A model generated the notes under the pieces. It had not been told where the DNA came from. It saw nothing but the letters and a program-made list of their open reading frames with translations, and made no database searches. A program made the translations under genes and the position numbers. Shown in pieces: positions 38,203 through 46,521 of a stretch of 64,000 nt of DNA (positions are counted from its first letter, which is position 1; every line of letters begins with the position of its first letter). Source of the stretch: an uncultured virus (IMG/VR IMGVR_UViG_3300042309_000903) (Duplodnaviria; Heunggongvirae; Uroviricota; Caudoviricetes); the IMG/VR virus record IMGVR_UViG_3300042309_000903, one strand, 5' to 3'.

Positions 38203-38718
38203 TTATATTATAGGGCTAAATTTAGTAGATTCATCGCCAAAAACAAAGGTAGTTATTGAGTACCGTTCTCCCCCTAAAACTGGAAACACTTGATGCTTAA
38301 GGTGAGCACTATGGATAACCATGCTTCCTGGCCTTGGGGTAACGCTTAGTCCAAGGTCTGGATATATCAGCTCTCCCCCAGTAAAGGTGTCATTTAAATA
38401 AATAGCAATACCAAAAACTATTGTTCTTGGGTCATCGGGGTTTCCGCCGTCTGTGTGCGGCCACATAAACTCTGAATCTTTTAGTTTTCGTAAATCACGA
38501 GAATAGACTATTGACTCTATATTAGTAAAAAATGTTTCAATATTTTTATACAGATTGTTCATTTTAACAAGTGACTCATCACTCATAGCTTTAACTGTAT
38601 TTCCTACGTGCGTAGTATCCCAATCAATATCTAGTTGAGCCTCAGATACAAGGGTACTTCTCAGCTCTTCATCTAAAAACCCCTCAATTTCGTACACACC
38701 TTCTCCGTGCTTTATCAT
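38203..38718 (-). CDS. 2OG-Fe(II) oxygenase, P4Hc-like (#7)
   Basis: HTD...YLNDTFTGGEL...HQV...RYS. Confidence 0.9.
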   Translation of the reverse strand: MIKHGEGVYEIEGFLDEELRSTLVSEAQLDIDWDTTHVGNTVKAMSDESLVKMNNLYKNIETFFTNIESIVYSRDLRKLKDSEFMWPHTDGGNPDDPRTIVFGIAIYLNDTFTGGELIYPDLGLSVTPRPGSMVIHSAHLKHQVFPVLGGERYSITTFVFGDESTKFSPII

Positions 38719-38720
38719 GA

Positions 38721-39389
38721 TTAGTTATACTTGCTACTGTTGATGTGGCAAATTTCAATTTCATTTATATTAACATGGCTTGGTAACGACCCTACCCAGT
38801 AGATAGCTTCTGCTAAATCCTCTGCAGTTAAGGCGTAGTCTCGTTTTTGCTCTTGGGTATCAATGGTTGCTGGACAAATTTCTGTAATTTTAATGCCAAA
38901 TTGAGGAAACTCAAGCCTCATTGTGTCAATTAGACCGCGCTCACCCCGCTTGGCATTTGTGTAATTCCCCCCACCGCGATACGGCACCTTACCGCCAAAA
39001 GAGGTAATAAAGACAATTGTTGGGGAGTCTGACCTCTCCATGCAGGGAACAAAAAGTTGAGAAAGATACATAGGGCCAGACACGTTTATATCGTAGGCTC
39101 GTCTAAAGTTATCCATGGTTTCATTGATAATGTTAGTTGGGCTAGAGCCGCCACCAGCATTATTAACCAAAAGGTCTAGTGTTATATCTTTGTACTGCTC
39201 ATAAAATCTCTCTATTGCTTTAGCGTCTGTTACGTCTAGGCTATATACCTCAACGTTGTCAGATACAAGCTCAGATACTTTGGAAAGGTTTCTTGAAACA
39301 GCAATAACTTTGTAACCATTTTCAGACAGGCGTTTTACTGTAGCTAACCCTACGCCTTTACTTGCTCCAGTAACAATTGCTGTTTTCAA
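38721..39389 (-). CDS. Short-chain dehydrogenase/reductase
   Basis: TGASKGVG, LVNNAG, S, YTNAK, ICP. Confidence 0.92.
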   Translation of the reverse strand: MKTAIVTGASKGVGLATVKRLSENGYKVIAVSRNLSKVSELVSDNVEVYSLDVTDAKAIERFYEQYKDITLDLLVNNAGGGSSPTNIINETMDNFRRAYDINVSGPMYLSQLFVPCMERSDSPTIVFITSFGGKVPYRGGGNYTNAKRGERGLIDTMRLEFPQFGIKITEICPATIDTQEQKRDYALTAEDLAEAIYWVGSLPSHVNINEIEICHINSSKYN

Positions 39390-39391
39390 CG

Positions 39392-40018
39392 TTAATGAAT
39401 CCAGTGCTGAGGCACCATTATCTTTTCGCCACTCTTCACTAAGTGTGCTGTGTGATGGTATGGCGGAGATGGTGGGAAAACAATAATGCTTCCAGCTTTT
39501 GGTTTGATAGCAAAAGTGTAGCTTCCTTCTTGTTTTGCGATTTCAAAATCTGGGTTTGGACTAGCGTTTTGTAATACGCCATCTGGAGAAGCAATCGTAA
39601 AAGATAGCTCTCCGCCCTCATAATCATCGTTTAAGTACATAACAAAAGATACTTTAAGACGGCCATCGCCCTCTTGTTGGTCAAAGTGAGCACCCATATA
39701 TGTGCCTGCCTTATACTTTTTAATTGGATACATTGGAAACAGTTTAGGCTCATCTGTGATGCCGTGGGCTACCGCGTAATCTCTTGCTACATCATCAAAA
39801 GCCTTTTGTAATGTAGAGTAGATATAGGTCTTCTGAATGTCTGACGGGTCCGCAAAGATACTCTTATCTGTTCCATAGACATACGCCTCACCACTACACG
39901 CCATCCATTCGCCCCAAGGGTTTTCATTGTCCTGGTCAATTGCAGCAACAAGTTTCTTTGGGTCGTCAATTACGTTTGTGTAGTAGTAAACTTTTTCTTC
40001 AAGTATCTCTCTGTCCAT
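39392..40018 (-). CDS. 2OG-Fe(II) oxygenase, P4Hc-like (#6)
   Basis: HFD...YLNDDYEGGEL...HTA...KIM. Confidence 0.9.
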   Translation of the reverse strand: MDREILEEKVYYYTNVIDDPKKLVAAIDQDNENPWGEWMACSGEAYVYGTDKSIFADPSDIQKTYIYSTLQKAFDDVARDYAVAHGITDEPKLFPMYPIKKYKAGTYMGAHFDQQEGDGRLKVSFVMYLNDDYEGGELSFTIASPDGVLQNASPNPDFEIAKQEGSYTFAIKPKAGSIIVFPPSPPYHHTAHLVKSGEKIMVPQHWIH

Positions 40019-40029
40019 TTTGTGTCTCC

Positions 40030-40689
40030 TTAGTACTTATTTTTTTTATAGTGGTCTTTTTCTTTAATGAACCCAACAAGAACATACCTTATTGGTCCAT
40101 CCCCTACGTGCTTGACCCCGTGCTCATACTCTTCGTTCCCTGGAAAAAATAACATAGTTCCTGGCTTGGGCTTTAGCTGGATGTCAAGGTTTGGAAAAAA
40201 TAATTCGCCATCTGCGTAGTCATCATTAATATACACAATCGTAGCGTATTTTATAGACGGGTCTGTTCTTTGGTCAGTATGCGCTTTTAACTCTACTCCT
40301 GGTTGCATTCTTTGAATTGTTGCAAAACCACTTAAAATTAATTCTGGGTCGGCTTTTACCACCATTGAGTTTAAACCATCGTATAGTGGTCTATATATCT
40401 CATGATGTAATATGTTAAAGTTTTTATCTTTCCAATTTTGAGTGATTTCAAACTTGCCTTCAGCAACTAAATTATCAACGTCGTCTCTGCCAAATTTTTC
40501 CATGCAAAAACTTGCTAAGTTTGAGTAGTACTCTACTTCCCAATCTTTTTGAGATGTACCATTTATAATGTCCCAAAAGGTAGTTATTTGGTCTTCTGAT
40601 AAAAAGTTTTCAACAGAGAACAGCTCTGGAGTAATATCCTTAACTACATACCCGCTATCTATTAACTGTTGTTTAAATGGCTCAATCAT
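40030..40689 (-). CDS. 2OG-Fe(II) oxygenase, P4Hc-like (#5)
   Basis: HTD...YINDDYADGEL...HGV...RYV. Confidence 0.9.
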   Translation of the reverse strand: MIEPFKQQLIDSGYVVKDITPELFSVENFLSEDQITTFWDIINGTSQKDWEVEYYSNLASFCMEKFGRDDVDNLVAEGKFEITQNWKDKNFNILHHEIYRPLYDGLNSMVVKADPELILSGFATIQRMQPGVELKAHTDQRTDPSIKYATIVYINDDYADGELFFPNLDIQLKPKPGTMLFFPGNEEYEHGVKHVGDGPIRYVLVGFIKEKDHYKKNKY

Positions 40690-41436
40690 TTACAGCTCGT
40701 CTGCTTTGTACTTATTTCCAGCCGCGTCCAGCTTCCAACCCTGCTTAAGCAGCTCTTGCCACTCTGCTCTTTCAATTTCTTGTTGCGCTCTAGTGGCCTT
40801 CATCTCTTCAGCCCACGCATCTCTTAATTCCTGTGGGTAATCCGACTCTTCTCTATCATCCCAGAAAGACCCAATGGTGTATCTGACCCCGCCTGTTATA
40901 AGAGATACTTCGTGCATATTGTTAAACCCGCCGTCAAATACAGCAAGCATTCCAACTTCTGGTTTAATCTCTATGTTTTGTGCTGGGAACCGTAAAAGTC
41001 CCCCATCAAAATCATCGTTAAGGTATAGAAAGCCTGCGTAGCGGCTTCTTGTAAAAGCGCCTGAGTTACCTTCAGCGTCTGTATTGTCAGAGTGAACTCT
41101 TGCGTACGCTCCTGGCTCCCACTTTTGTGTGTGGTATCCAATTTTACAAATTGTTTTTGGGTCAAGGTCATGTACGGAAGCAATTGCTTCAGGCATTGCC
41201 TTTTCAATATCTGAAAATATGGTTGGAGATAGGCCAGCGTCAATGACCTCTTGGTCGTTGTCTTGTGGCAAAACTGAAGAATAGGACTCGTAAAATGAGA
41301 TTGGCATCCAAGAAATTGCTCCACTGGCTGCTTGAGCATCTAATGCTTGAATCATCTTTGTGCAGTCGTCTTTGTTTATAAAGTTTTCATAAACAACTAT
41401 GTCTTTTGTTATTCGTCGTTTGTTTGCTAGGTTCAT
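40690..41436 (-). CDS. 2OG-Fe(II) oxygenase, P4Hc-like (#4)
   Basis: HSD...YLNDDFDGGLL...HEV...RYT. Confidence 0.9.
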   Translation of the reverse strand: MNLANKRRITKDIVVYENFINKDDCTKMIQALDAQAASGAISWMPISFYESYSSVLPQDNDQEVIDAGLSPTIFSDIEKAMPEAIASVHDLDPKTICKIGYHTQKWEPGAYARVHSDNTDAEGNSGAFTRSRYAGFLYLNDDFDGGLLRFPAQNIEIKPEVGMLAVFDGGFNNMHEVSLITGGVRYTIGSFWDDREESDYPQELRDAWAEEMKATRAQQEIERAEWQELLKQGWKLDAAGNKYKADEL

Positions 41437-41451
41437 TGTGCTTTACTCCGT

Positions 41452-42225
41452 CTAGTTATTTATAAGGGATTTATCTCCAGCAATAAGCTTTTCTATTTCC
41501 TGTTGAACAAGGGCGTACTCTTCATCAAACACTTCTGGAGTTCTGCCCTCTCCCATAGCGGCAGGAGTTCCTTTAGCTATTAAATCTTCTTTTAGTGTCT
41601 TTTCAATATCGTAGTTTAATACTGTGCATTGAAACCAGTTGGCAACATACCCATCTCTATCAATAAGGTACTTTTCAAAGTTTCCGCCCTGCATTGCTCC
41701 ATTAGCTACAGGTTGGTTTAGCCAAGGTGACAAGTACCCATCTCTATCTGGAATACCAAGCTCTTTTTGCTTTGCAGCGTACGCAAGCATTTGGTTTGAT
41801 ATCTCATTATATAGTTCGTGAGTTTCTTTTCGTGGTTGACCTAGGCCGTTTACAGAGCTATCTCCCTTGTGTGGACTTAGCTCAGTGGCACTCTTATTTG
41901 GGTTTGACGACACCATCTCTGAGAACTTAAATGTGGTTCCATAAACTTCTTGGCCATATTCTTGTGAGTCTAGGCCACAGGTAATGCCTTCAGACCACTT
42001 ACCCTTAGTGACTCCAGGGCCACAGAAGTCATTGGTAGGGATAGCAATAACTTGGAAATCATCTCCACCGTATTTATCTTGAAGCCATTGGAGAACTTCC
42101 ATTTGATTAGCGTTACCACAGCCTACGGTTGTATTAGCCAATAGGGTGACTTTACCCTTAAATTGACTTAAGAAATCAGGGGTGCCCTCAGCCGAGTTAA
42201 GCGGGATATCGTAAATTGATTTCAT
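41452..42225 (-). CDS. Glutathione peroxidase-like protein (divergent, Cys type)
   Basis: SIYDIPL...FKGKV.L.AN...GCG, IPTNDF, NFEKYLIDRDG. Confidence 0.85.
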   Translation of the reverse strand: MKSIYDIPLNSAEGTPDFLSQFKGKVTLLANTTVGCGNANQMEVLQWLQDKYGGDDFQVIAIPTNDFCGPGVTKGKWSEGITCGLDSQEYGQEVYGTTFKFSEMVSSNPNKSATELSPHKGDSSVNGLGQPRKETHELYNEISNQMLAYAAKQKELGIPDRDGYLSPWLNQPVANGAMQGGNFEKYLIDRDGYVANWFQCTVLNYDIEKTLKEDLIAKGTPAAMGEGRTPEVFDEEYALVQQEIEKLIAGDKSLINN

Positions 42226-42246
42226 ATGTTTTATTGTACCCCGTCA

Positions 42247-42921
42247 TTACGGCTTTCTATCCCCTGTATGCGCTGTAATTTCCCAAAAGAAAGGGCACGT
42301 AAATCTTAAGCCGCTTTTGATTTCAGTAACCCCATGGATATAGTTTTTATCCCCAGGGAAGAAGTAAGCGGCACCTTTTTTAGGTTTAAACTGCACGCCT
42401 TGTAGGGGGAAGTAGAGTTCTCCGCCCTCATAATCATCGTTTAAGTAAAACAAACTTGATAGGTCATAGTTTGGGAAGTCGTTGGGTGTTCCAGCGTCAG
42501 GGCCTTCATGAAGCTCTTTATCAGCATGGGGGTTTTGAAATTGTCCAGGAAGCCATTTAACAATGGTCGTACCCGTTGGGATAACCTCTACCTTATAAAA
42601 CTCTTCAATAATTGGCCTTAGTCTTTGAAATAGGCCTGCAATTATTGGGGATATCTTTGGGTCATTTTTATCCAGGGTGGGCTGAGTAGCAACTCTATCT
42701 TTCCAATAGTCTGAGTCATATGTAACGGTACCGTTCTCATTCGTATGGCTTTCGGTAACATCCCAAATGGTTAAAGATTTGGCGGCTTTTTCTAAAAACT
42801 CTATTTCCTCTTGAGTCATAAAGTTTTCAAGCTCAACAATCATGTCCTTGCTATCCCCAAACCAGCCTGATGGGGTTATAGATGGTGTTCTTTGAACTAC
42901 CTTGTATGAGCTTTTATCCAT
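42247..42921 (-). CDS. 2OG-Fe(II) oxygenase, P4Hc-like (#3)
   Basis: HAD...YLNDDYEGGEL...HGV...RFT. Confidence 0.9.
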   Translation of the reverse strand: MDKSSYKVVQRTPSITPSGWFGDSKDMIVELENFMTQEEIEFLEKAAKSLTIWDVTESHTNENGTVTYDSDYWKDRVATQPTLDKNDPKISPIIAGLFQRLRPIIEEFYKVEVIPTGTTIVKWLPGQFQNPHADKELHEGPDAGTPNDFPNYDLSSLFYLNDDYEGGELYFPLQGVQFKPKKGAAYFFPGDKNYIHGVTEIKSGLRFTCPFFWEITAHTGDRKP

Positions 42922-42923
42922 TT

Positions 42924-43640
42924 TTATATTGTATCCCTTTTCGTCTTATCTATGACCCCTAATTTTAGTGCCTTTACCTCATGAGAACCTAAGGGCTCTT
43001 CTTTTTCATTTACAGCGTCTCTGTACCAGTCTGTCCATTTTCCAGCAGAGTTTATCTTTTGTGCAGCCTCCCCATAGGACATATTTGCGTTTAATCTTTT
43101 GCTGCCTGGGTCTTGGTACTCAACAATTTCAATATTTGTTCCGTTTAAACTTGACAAAGATATAGGGATAATTGTGGCAACGGGAGTTCCTGCTTTAATT
43201 ACGACTCGTTTATTTGCAACCTTGGCTTTAATAGCTAAAGGCAAGGGGTTGTCATAAAAAGAAGTACTAATTAAAGACGACATTGTCTCAAACTCATCGC
43301 TAAAATAATTTACGGGATTAATGGTAAAAATACTGACCGCTTCATCTGTTCTAAAGACTAGCCCGGTGTTTAAACTTATAGAGGATTGACCCCTACCAGA
43401 ATAAGCACCTTCTGGACTAAACACTTGAACACGGTCTGGTGTTTGGTCGTTTACCCCATCCCAAATAAACTCAATATCTTCTACACAAGACAAACTCCAG
43501 CCAATTACATTTGACTGGGTTACTGGAAAGCATCTATAGGCATGATTCTCTGATGTTGCGTCCATCCAGTCTCTTTTAATTGACATAGGCTGAACATCAA
43601 ATAAAGCCCCATGTGTTTTTTCAACTGATATATTAAACAT
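42924..43640 (-). CDS. DUF6065-like protein
   Basis: KRDWMD...HAYRCFPV...N..GW; IKAGTPVATIIP. Confidence 0.7.
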   Translation of the reverse strand: MFNISVEKTHGALFDVQPMSIKRDWMDATSENHAYRCFPVTQSNVIGWSLSCVEDIEFIWDGVNDQTPDRVQVFSPEGAYSGRGQSSISLNTGLVFRTDEAVSIFTINPVNYFSDEFETMSSLISTSFYDNPLPLAIKAKVANKRVVIKAGTPVATIIPISLSSLNGTNIEIVEYQDPGSKRLNANMSYGEAAQKINSAGKWTDWYRDAVNEKEEPLGSHEVKALKLGVIDKTKRDTI

Positions 43641-44296
43641 TAATCTGCGTCTGCACTATACATTTCTGGCGTGTGAAACTTTTTGCTGTAATCAAGCATT
43701 GTAACAATAGAGTACTTAGTTCCAGAAGTTACTGGCATTGCTTGATGCGGGTACATAAAGTTTGATGGAAAAATAAACAGGTCTCCAGCCTCTGGCTTAA
43801 CCTTTAAGCCTTGTAATCTAAAATAAAGCTCTCCACCCTCGTAGTCATCATTGACGTATGAAACTAAAGACACAGTACAGTTGTAGGAAAACCCGTGGTC
43901 GTGGTGCTCCATAAAGTGTTGGCCAGGGCCGTATTTAATAAAGTTAAACGCTTCCCAGTACTTTAAGTTATTAATGTTATACATTCTTGAATAATCTTGA
44001 ACTGCAGGCAGCTTAACATCGTATAGGTCTTGCCACAAAGCCTGTAGGTTTAAACTAACCTGACTCTTGTCATGTTCAATGTCTGTTTTTTTAAACTTAA
44101 AGTCGTTGCAGTCTCTATACTCTGGCATAAGTTGTTTATAGCCAACATACGCAGGTTGCCACGCGTACCCAGTCGTATCTCCCTCTGGCTTAAGGTTTGC
44201 CTCAATTCTATTTACAACATCAATCTCTTTATTAATTACGCCCTTATAACGGAATATCCCATTACCTAGGTCTTCTTTACCCGTCCATGTAGACAT
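43640..44296 (-). CDS. 2OG-Fe(II) oxygenase, P4Hc-like (#2)
   Basis: HHD...YVNDDYEGGEL...FPSN..YPH...KYS; start at MSTWTG (GGGAG SD). Confidence 0.9.
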   Translation of the reverse strand: MSTWTGKEDLGNGIFRYKGVINKEIDVVNRIEANLKPEGDTTGYAWQPAYVGYKQLMPEYRDCNDFKFKKTDIEHDKSQVSLNLQALWQDLYDVKLPAVQDYSRMYNINNLKYWEAFNFIKYGPGQHFMEHHDHGFSYNCTVSLVSYVNDDYEGGELYFRLQGLKVKPEAGDLFIFPSNFMYPHQAMPVTSGTKYSIVTMLDYSKKFHTPEMYSADAD

Positions 44297-44306
44297 TATA
44301 TTCTCC

Positions 44307-45074
44307 CTATTTGTACTCTCGTCTGGACCAAACTTTATTTTGATATACCCCGCCATCAGGCTGTCGGTAAAACTGCATGTTATTAACCATTTTATCATAC
44401 ATCGTGGATTGGTCTAAAATTTCTACCTTGTGTTCCCAGTTTTCTCGTTTAAAAGGAAGAACCTGCATGCAGGGAGTTCCCGCCGGTAATGTGCCTTCCC
44501 AACCTTCCGAAATAAAAAATGGAAAGGTTCCAAGTAAGTGCACCTTATCAGCGTCTACAACCCCAGTGGTATTTAAAAATGGTAAATCAAATCTATTCAT
44601 TGGAGTCATAAACAACGCGCTGTACCCATCTGGAAGTTCTAACCCCCAGGGAATACTCCAAGCAAAATGATTTTGATAGTACCCGTTCGGATGCTCAAAT
44701 TGAGGCATAGGAGGGCGCGGAGTACAAAAATCTTTATAATTAGGGTCATCAATCTTTACATCTATGATTCCCTGGCTATTTTTATAAAAAACTAAATCGC
44801 ACGGTGTTTTAAATACGTATCCAGTTGTAAAAGCGTCCATAATTGCGGGACACGCTTTCCATGTAGGAATCTTTCCGTAGTCATCTGTTGTGCCTTCTTT
44901 AGGGAACGGGCAAACCTCTTTTGGCGCTTTGTAGTACTCCCCGTTTGGCATTTTTGCAAATCTATCTGCGTTTTTATACCAGTCTGGGATTTCTGTTTGT
45001 GTTGGGGCAGGAGAAGAAATGTCTCCTTTTTTTATCCAAGGTCTAAAGGGTCTAAATATGGCAGTCAAAGGCAT
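44307..45074 (-). CDS. DUF6065-related / dUTPase-like-fold protein
   Basis: P.WYK, TWKACPAIMD...GY, PMNRFDLPF...GVVD.D, GTP..QV.PFKRE.W. Confidence 0.65.
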   Translation of the reverse strand: MPLTAIFRPFRPWIKKGDISSPAPTQTEIPDWYKNADRFAKMPNGEYYKAPKEVCPFPKEGTTDDYGKIPTWKACPAIMDAFTTGYVFKTPCDLVFYKNSQGIIDVKIDDPNYKDFCTPRPPMPQFEHPNGYYQNHFAWSIPWGLELPDGYSALFMTPMNRFDLPFLNTTGVVDADKVHLLGTFPFFISEGWEGTLPAGTPCMQVLPFKRENWEHKVEILDQSTMYDKMVNNMQFYRQPDGGVYQNKVWSRREYK

Positions 45075-45781
45075 TATTTGTGCCCTAACTCGTTAATATC
45101 TGTCATAACAACGACGCAATACTTTGTCCCTGACACCATTGGAAGGGAGGCATGCTCGTAGATGTAATTTGAGGGGAAGACCGCAATGTCTCCTACTTTT
45201 GGCTTATAAACTAAGTTATCAAGCCTTGGGAACTTTATATCCCCGCCCTCGTAGTCGTCGTTAATGTAAATAACAGCAGACACTGTGCAGTTATACGCTG
45301 GGCCGTGGTCTGCATGAATATTAAAGTGGGTGCCGCTTCCCTCGTACTTTACAAAGTTAAAGGCCTCGTAATATACAACATTAATACCCCAGTATCTAGC
45401 GTAGTCGTCTATGCAGTATTTAAGCTTTTGGTATATCTCCTCATGCAGGTCTATAAGTTCAGCGTTTGATTCATCTTTAGGGCCAAGGTTTTCCTGCTTA
45501 TACTTAAAATCTACGCAGTCTCTTGCCCGCTTAACTGGGACATCAGACTGCGTAACTTGCGCCTCTGACCACTTGTATTTGTTGCCTGGTGATAGGTTGG
45601 ATTCAAGAGTGTTAATGTATCTTGCAGCATCTTCACTGGAAAAAGTGTTTTGGTAAACGTGTAGTCCCAAACCTAAATTTTTAACACTTACCTTATCGTT
45701 TAGAGCTCTCTCAGGAACTCTATTTGACGCGGTCTCTGACCTATCTTTTGTAAACCAATGGTTTTCGTTTTCGTTATGCAT
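45074..45781 (-). CDS. 2OG-Fe(II) oxygenase, P4Hc-like (#1)
   Basis: HAD...YINDDYEGGDI...FPSN.IYEH...KYC. Confidence 0.9.
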   Translation of the reverse strand: MHNENENHWFTKDRSETASNRVPERALNDKVSVKNLGLGLHVYQNTFSSEDAARYINTLESNLSPGNKYKWSEAQVTQSDVPVKRARDCVDFKYKQENLGPKDESNAELIDLHEEIYQKLKYCIDDYARYWGINVVYYEAFNFVKYEGSGTHFNIHADHGPAYNCTVSAVIYINDDYEGGDIKFPRLDNLVYKPKVGDIAVFPSNYIYEHASLPMVSGTKYCVVVMTDINELGHK

Positions 45782-45799
45782 TTTTTACCGTCCTATAAA

Positions 45800-46045
45800 C
45801 TAATTAAGTGGCTGTCTTTTCCATTTTCCAATAGGGCATTCTGCATCTGCAAGCGTTGTTTTTAACGGCATAATGCACCCGCATAGTTTACAGCTTTTTG
45901 TAATTTTAATGAGGTTTTCACAAGACATGCATTCATCAAGTCTTTTTTTAATAATCTCCTGGTCATCAAGCTTTTTACCAGAATCAATCAAGTGCCACGG
46001 CCTTGAGTCTCCAAGAGAGGCCTTCCAGTCATTCCATTTAGACAT
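45800..46045 (-). CDS. Small Cys-rich protein (DUF6171-like); paralogue of 21118..21345
   Basis: RLDECMSC...CKLCGCIMPLKT......CPIGKW. Confidence 0.8.
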   Translation of the reverse strand: MSKWNDWKASLGDSRPWHLIDSGKKLDDQEIIKKRLDECMSCENLIKITKSCKLCGCIMPLKTTLADAECPIGKWKRQPLN

Positions 46046-46048
46046 GGG

Positions 46049-46480
46049 CTACTCTGGGGCAGTAAACGTTGTGCCATCCCAAATAGAGCCACGAACAACG
46101 GTTTGACCCTCGGGCACTCTAAGAATAATAACTTCTTCTTCAAAAGCCGCAGCGTTCATCAAATCTGTGTGACTATTTTTTGGAGATACCGTCGTTAAGA
46201 AAATTGCGTTGTCTACTAGGAAAGAGTACCTACCCCAATCAGGAGTATCGTTGTGTCTTTCAGGTACTTCTCCTCCAGTAAACGACTCGCCGTCCCAAAC
46301 TGCTCCAGGGTATACGTTTGCAATGTCTGTAGTAACCATTGTTGTTATTGGAAGCCCGCTATCTAGCGCACTTTCAATACGCTGAATTAAAAGGTCTGCT
46401 TTAGGGCTCTCAAGGTGTAGCATATTAAAAACTTCGTAAGAGTCTTCAGATATTTTTGTTGCATACGCATACGTACTCAT
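46049..46480 (-). CDS. Fibre accessory/chaperone-like protein with duplicated G..WDG..FT motif
   Basis: PGAVWDGESFT and RGSIWDGTTFT. Confidence 0.65.
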   Translation of the reverse strand: MSTYAYATKISEDSYEVFNMLHLESPKADLLIQRIESALDSGLPITTMVTTDIANVYPGAVWDGESFTGGEVPERHNDTPDWGRYSFLVDNAIFLTTVSPKNSHTDLMNAAAFEEEVIILRVPEGQTVVRGSIWDGTTFTAPE

Positions 46481-46521
46481 TAAGTTCTCCTTTTGTAGTT
46501 ACTTAATAAATATACCATATC

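Noticed and set aside
42110..42125. Selenocysteine in the GPx homologue
   Set aside because: The active-site codon is TGT (Cys) and the ORF has no in-frame TGA.
38203..45781. Oxygenases as TET/JBP DNA-hypermodification enzymes
   Set aside because: The motifs are P4Hc-type. There is no methyltransferase, thymidylate synthase or glycosyltransferase nearby, and the genes lie in the structural rather than the replication region. Not experimentally excluded.
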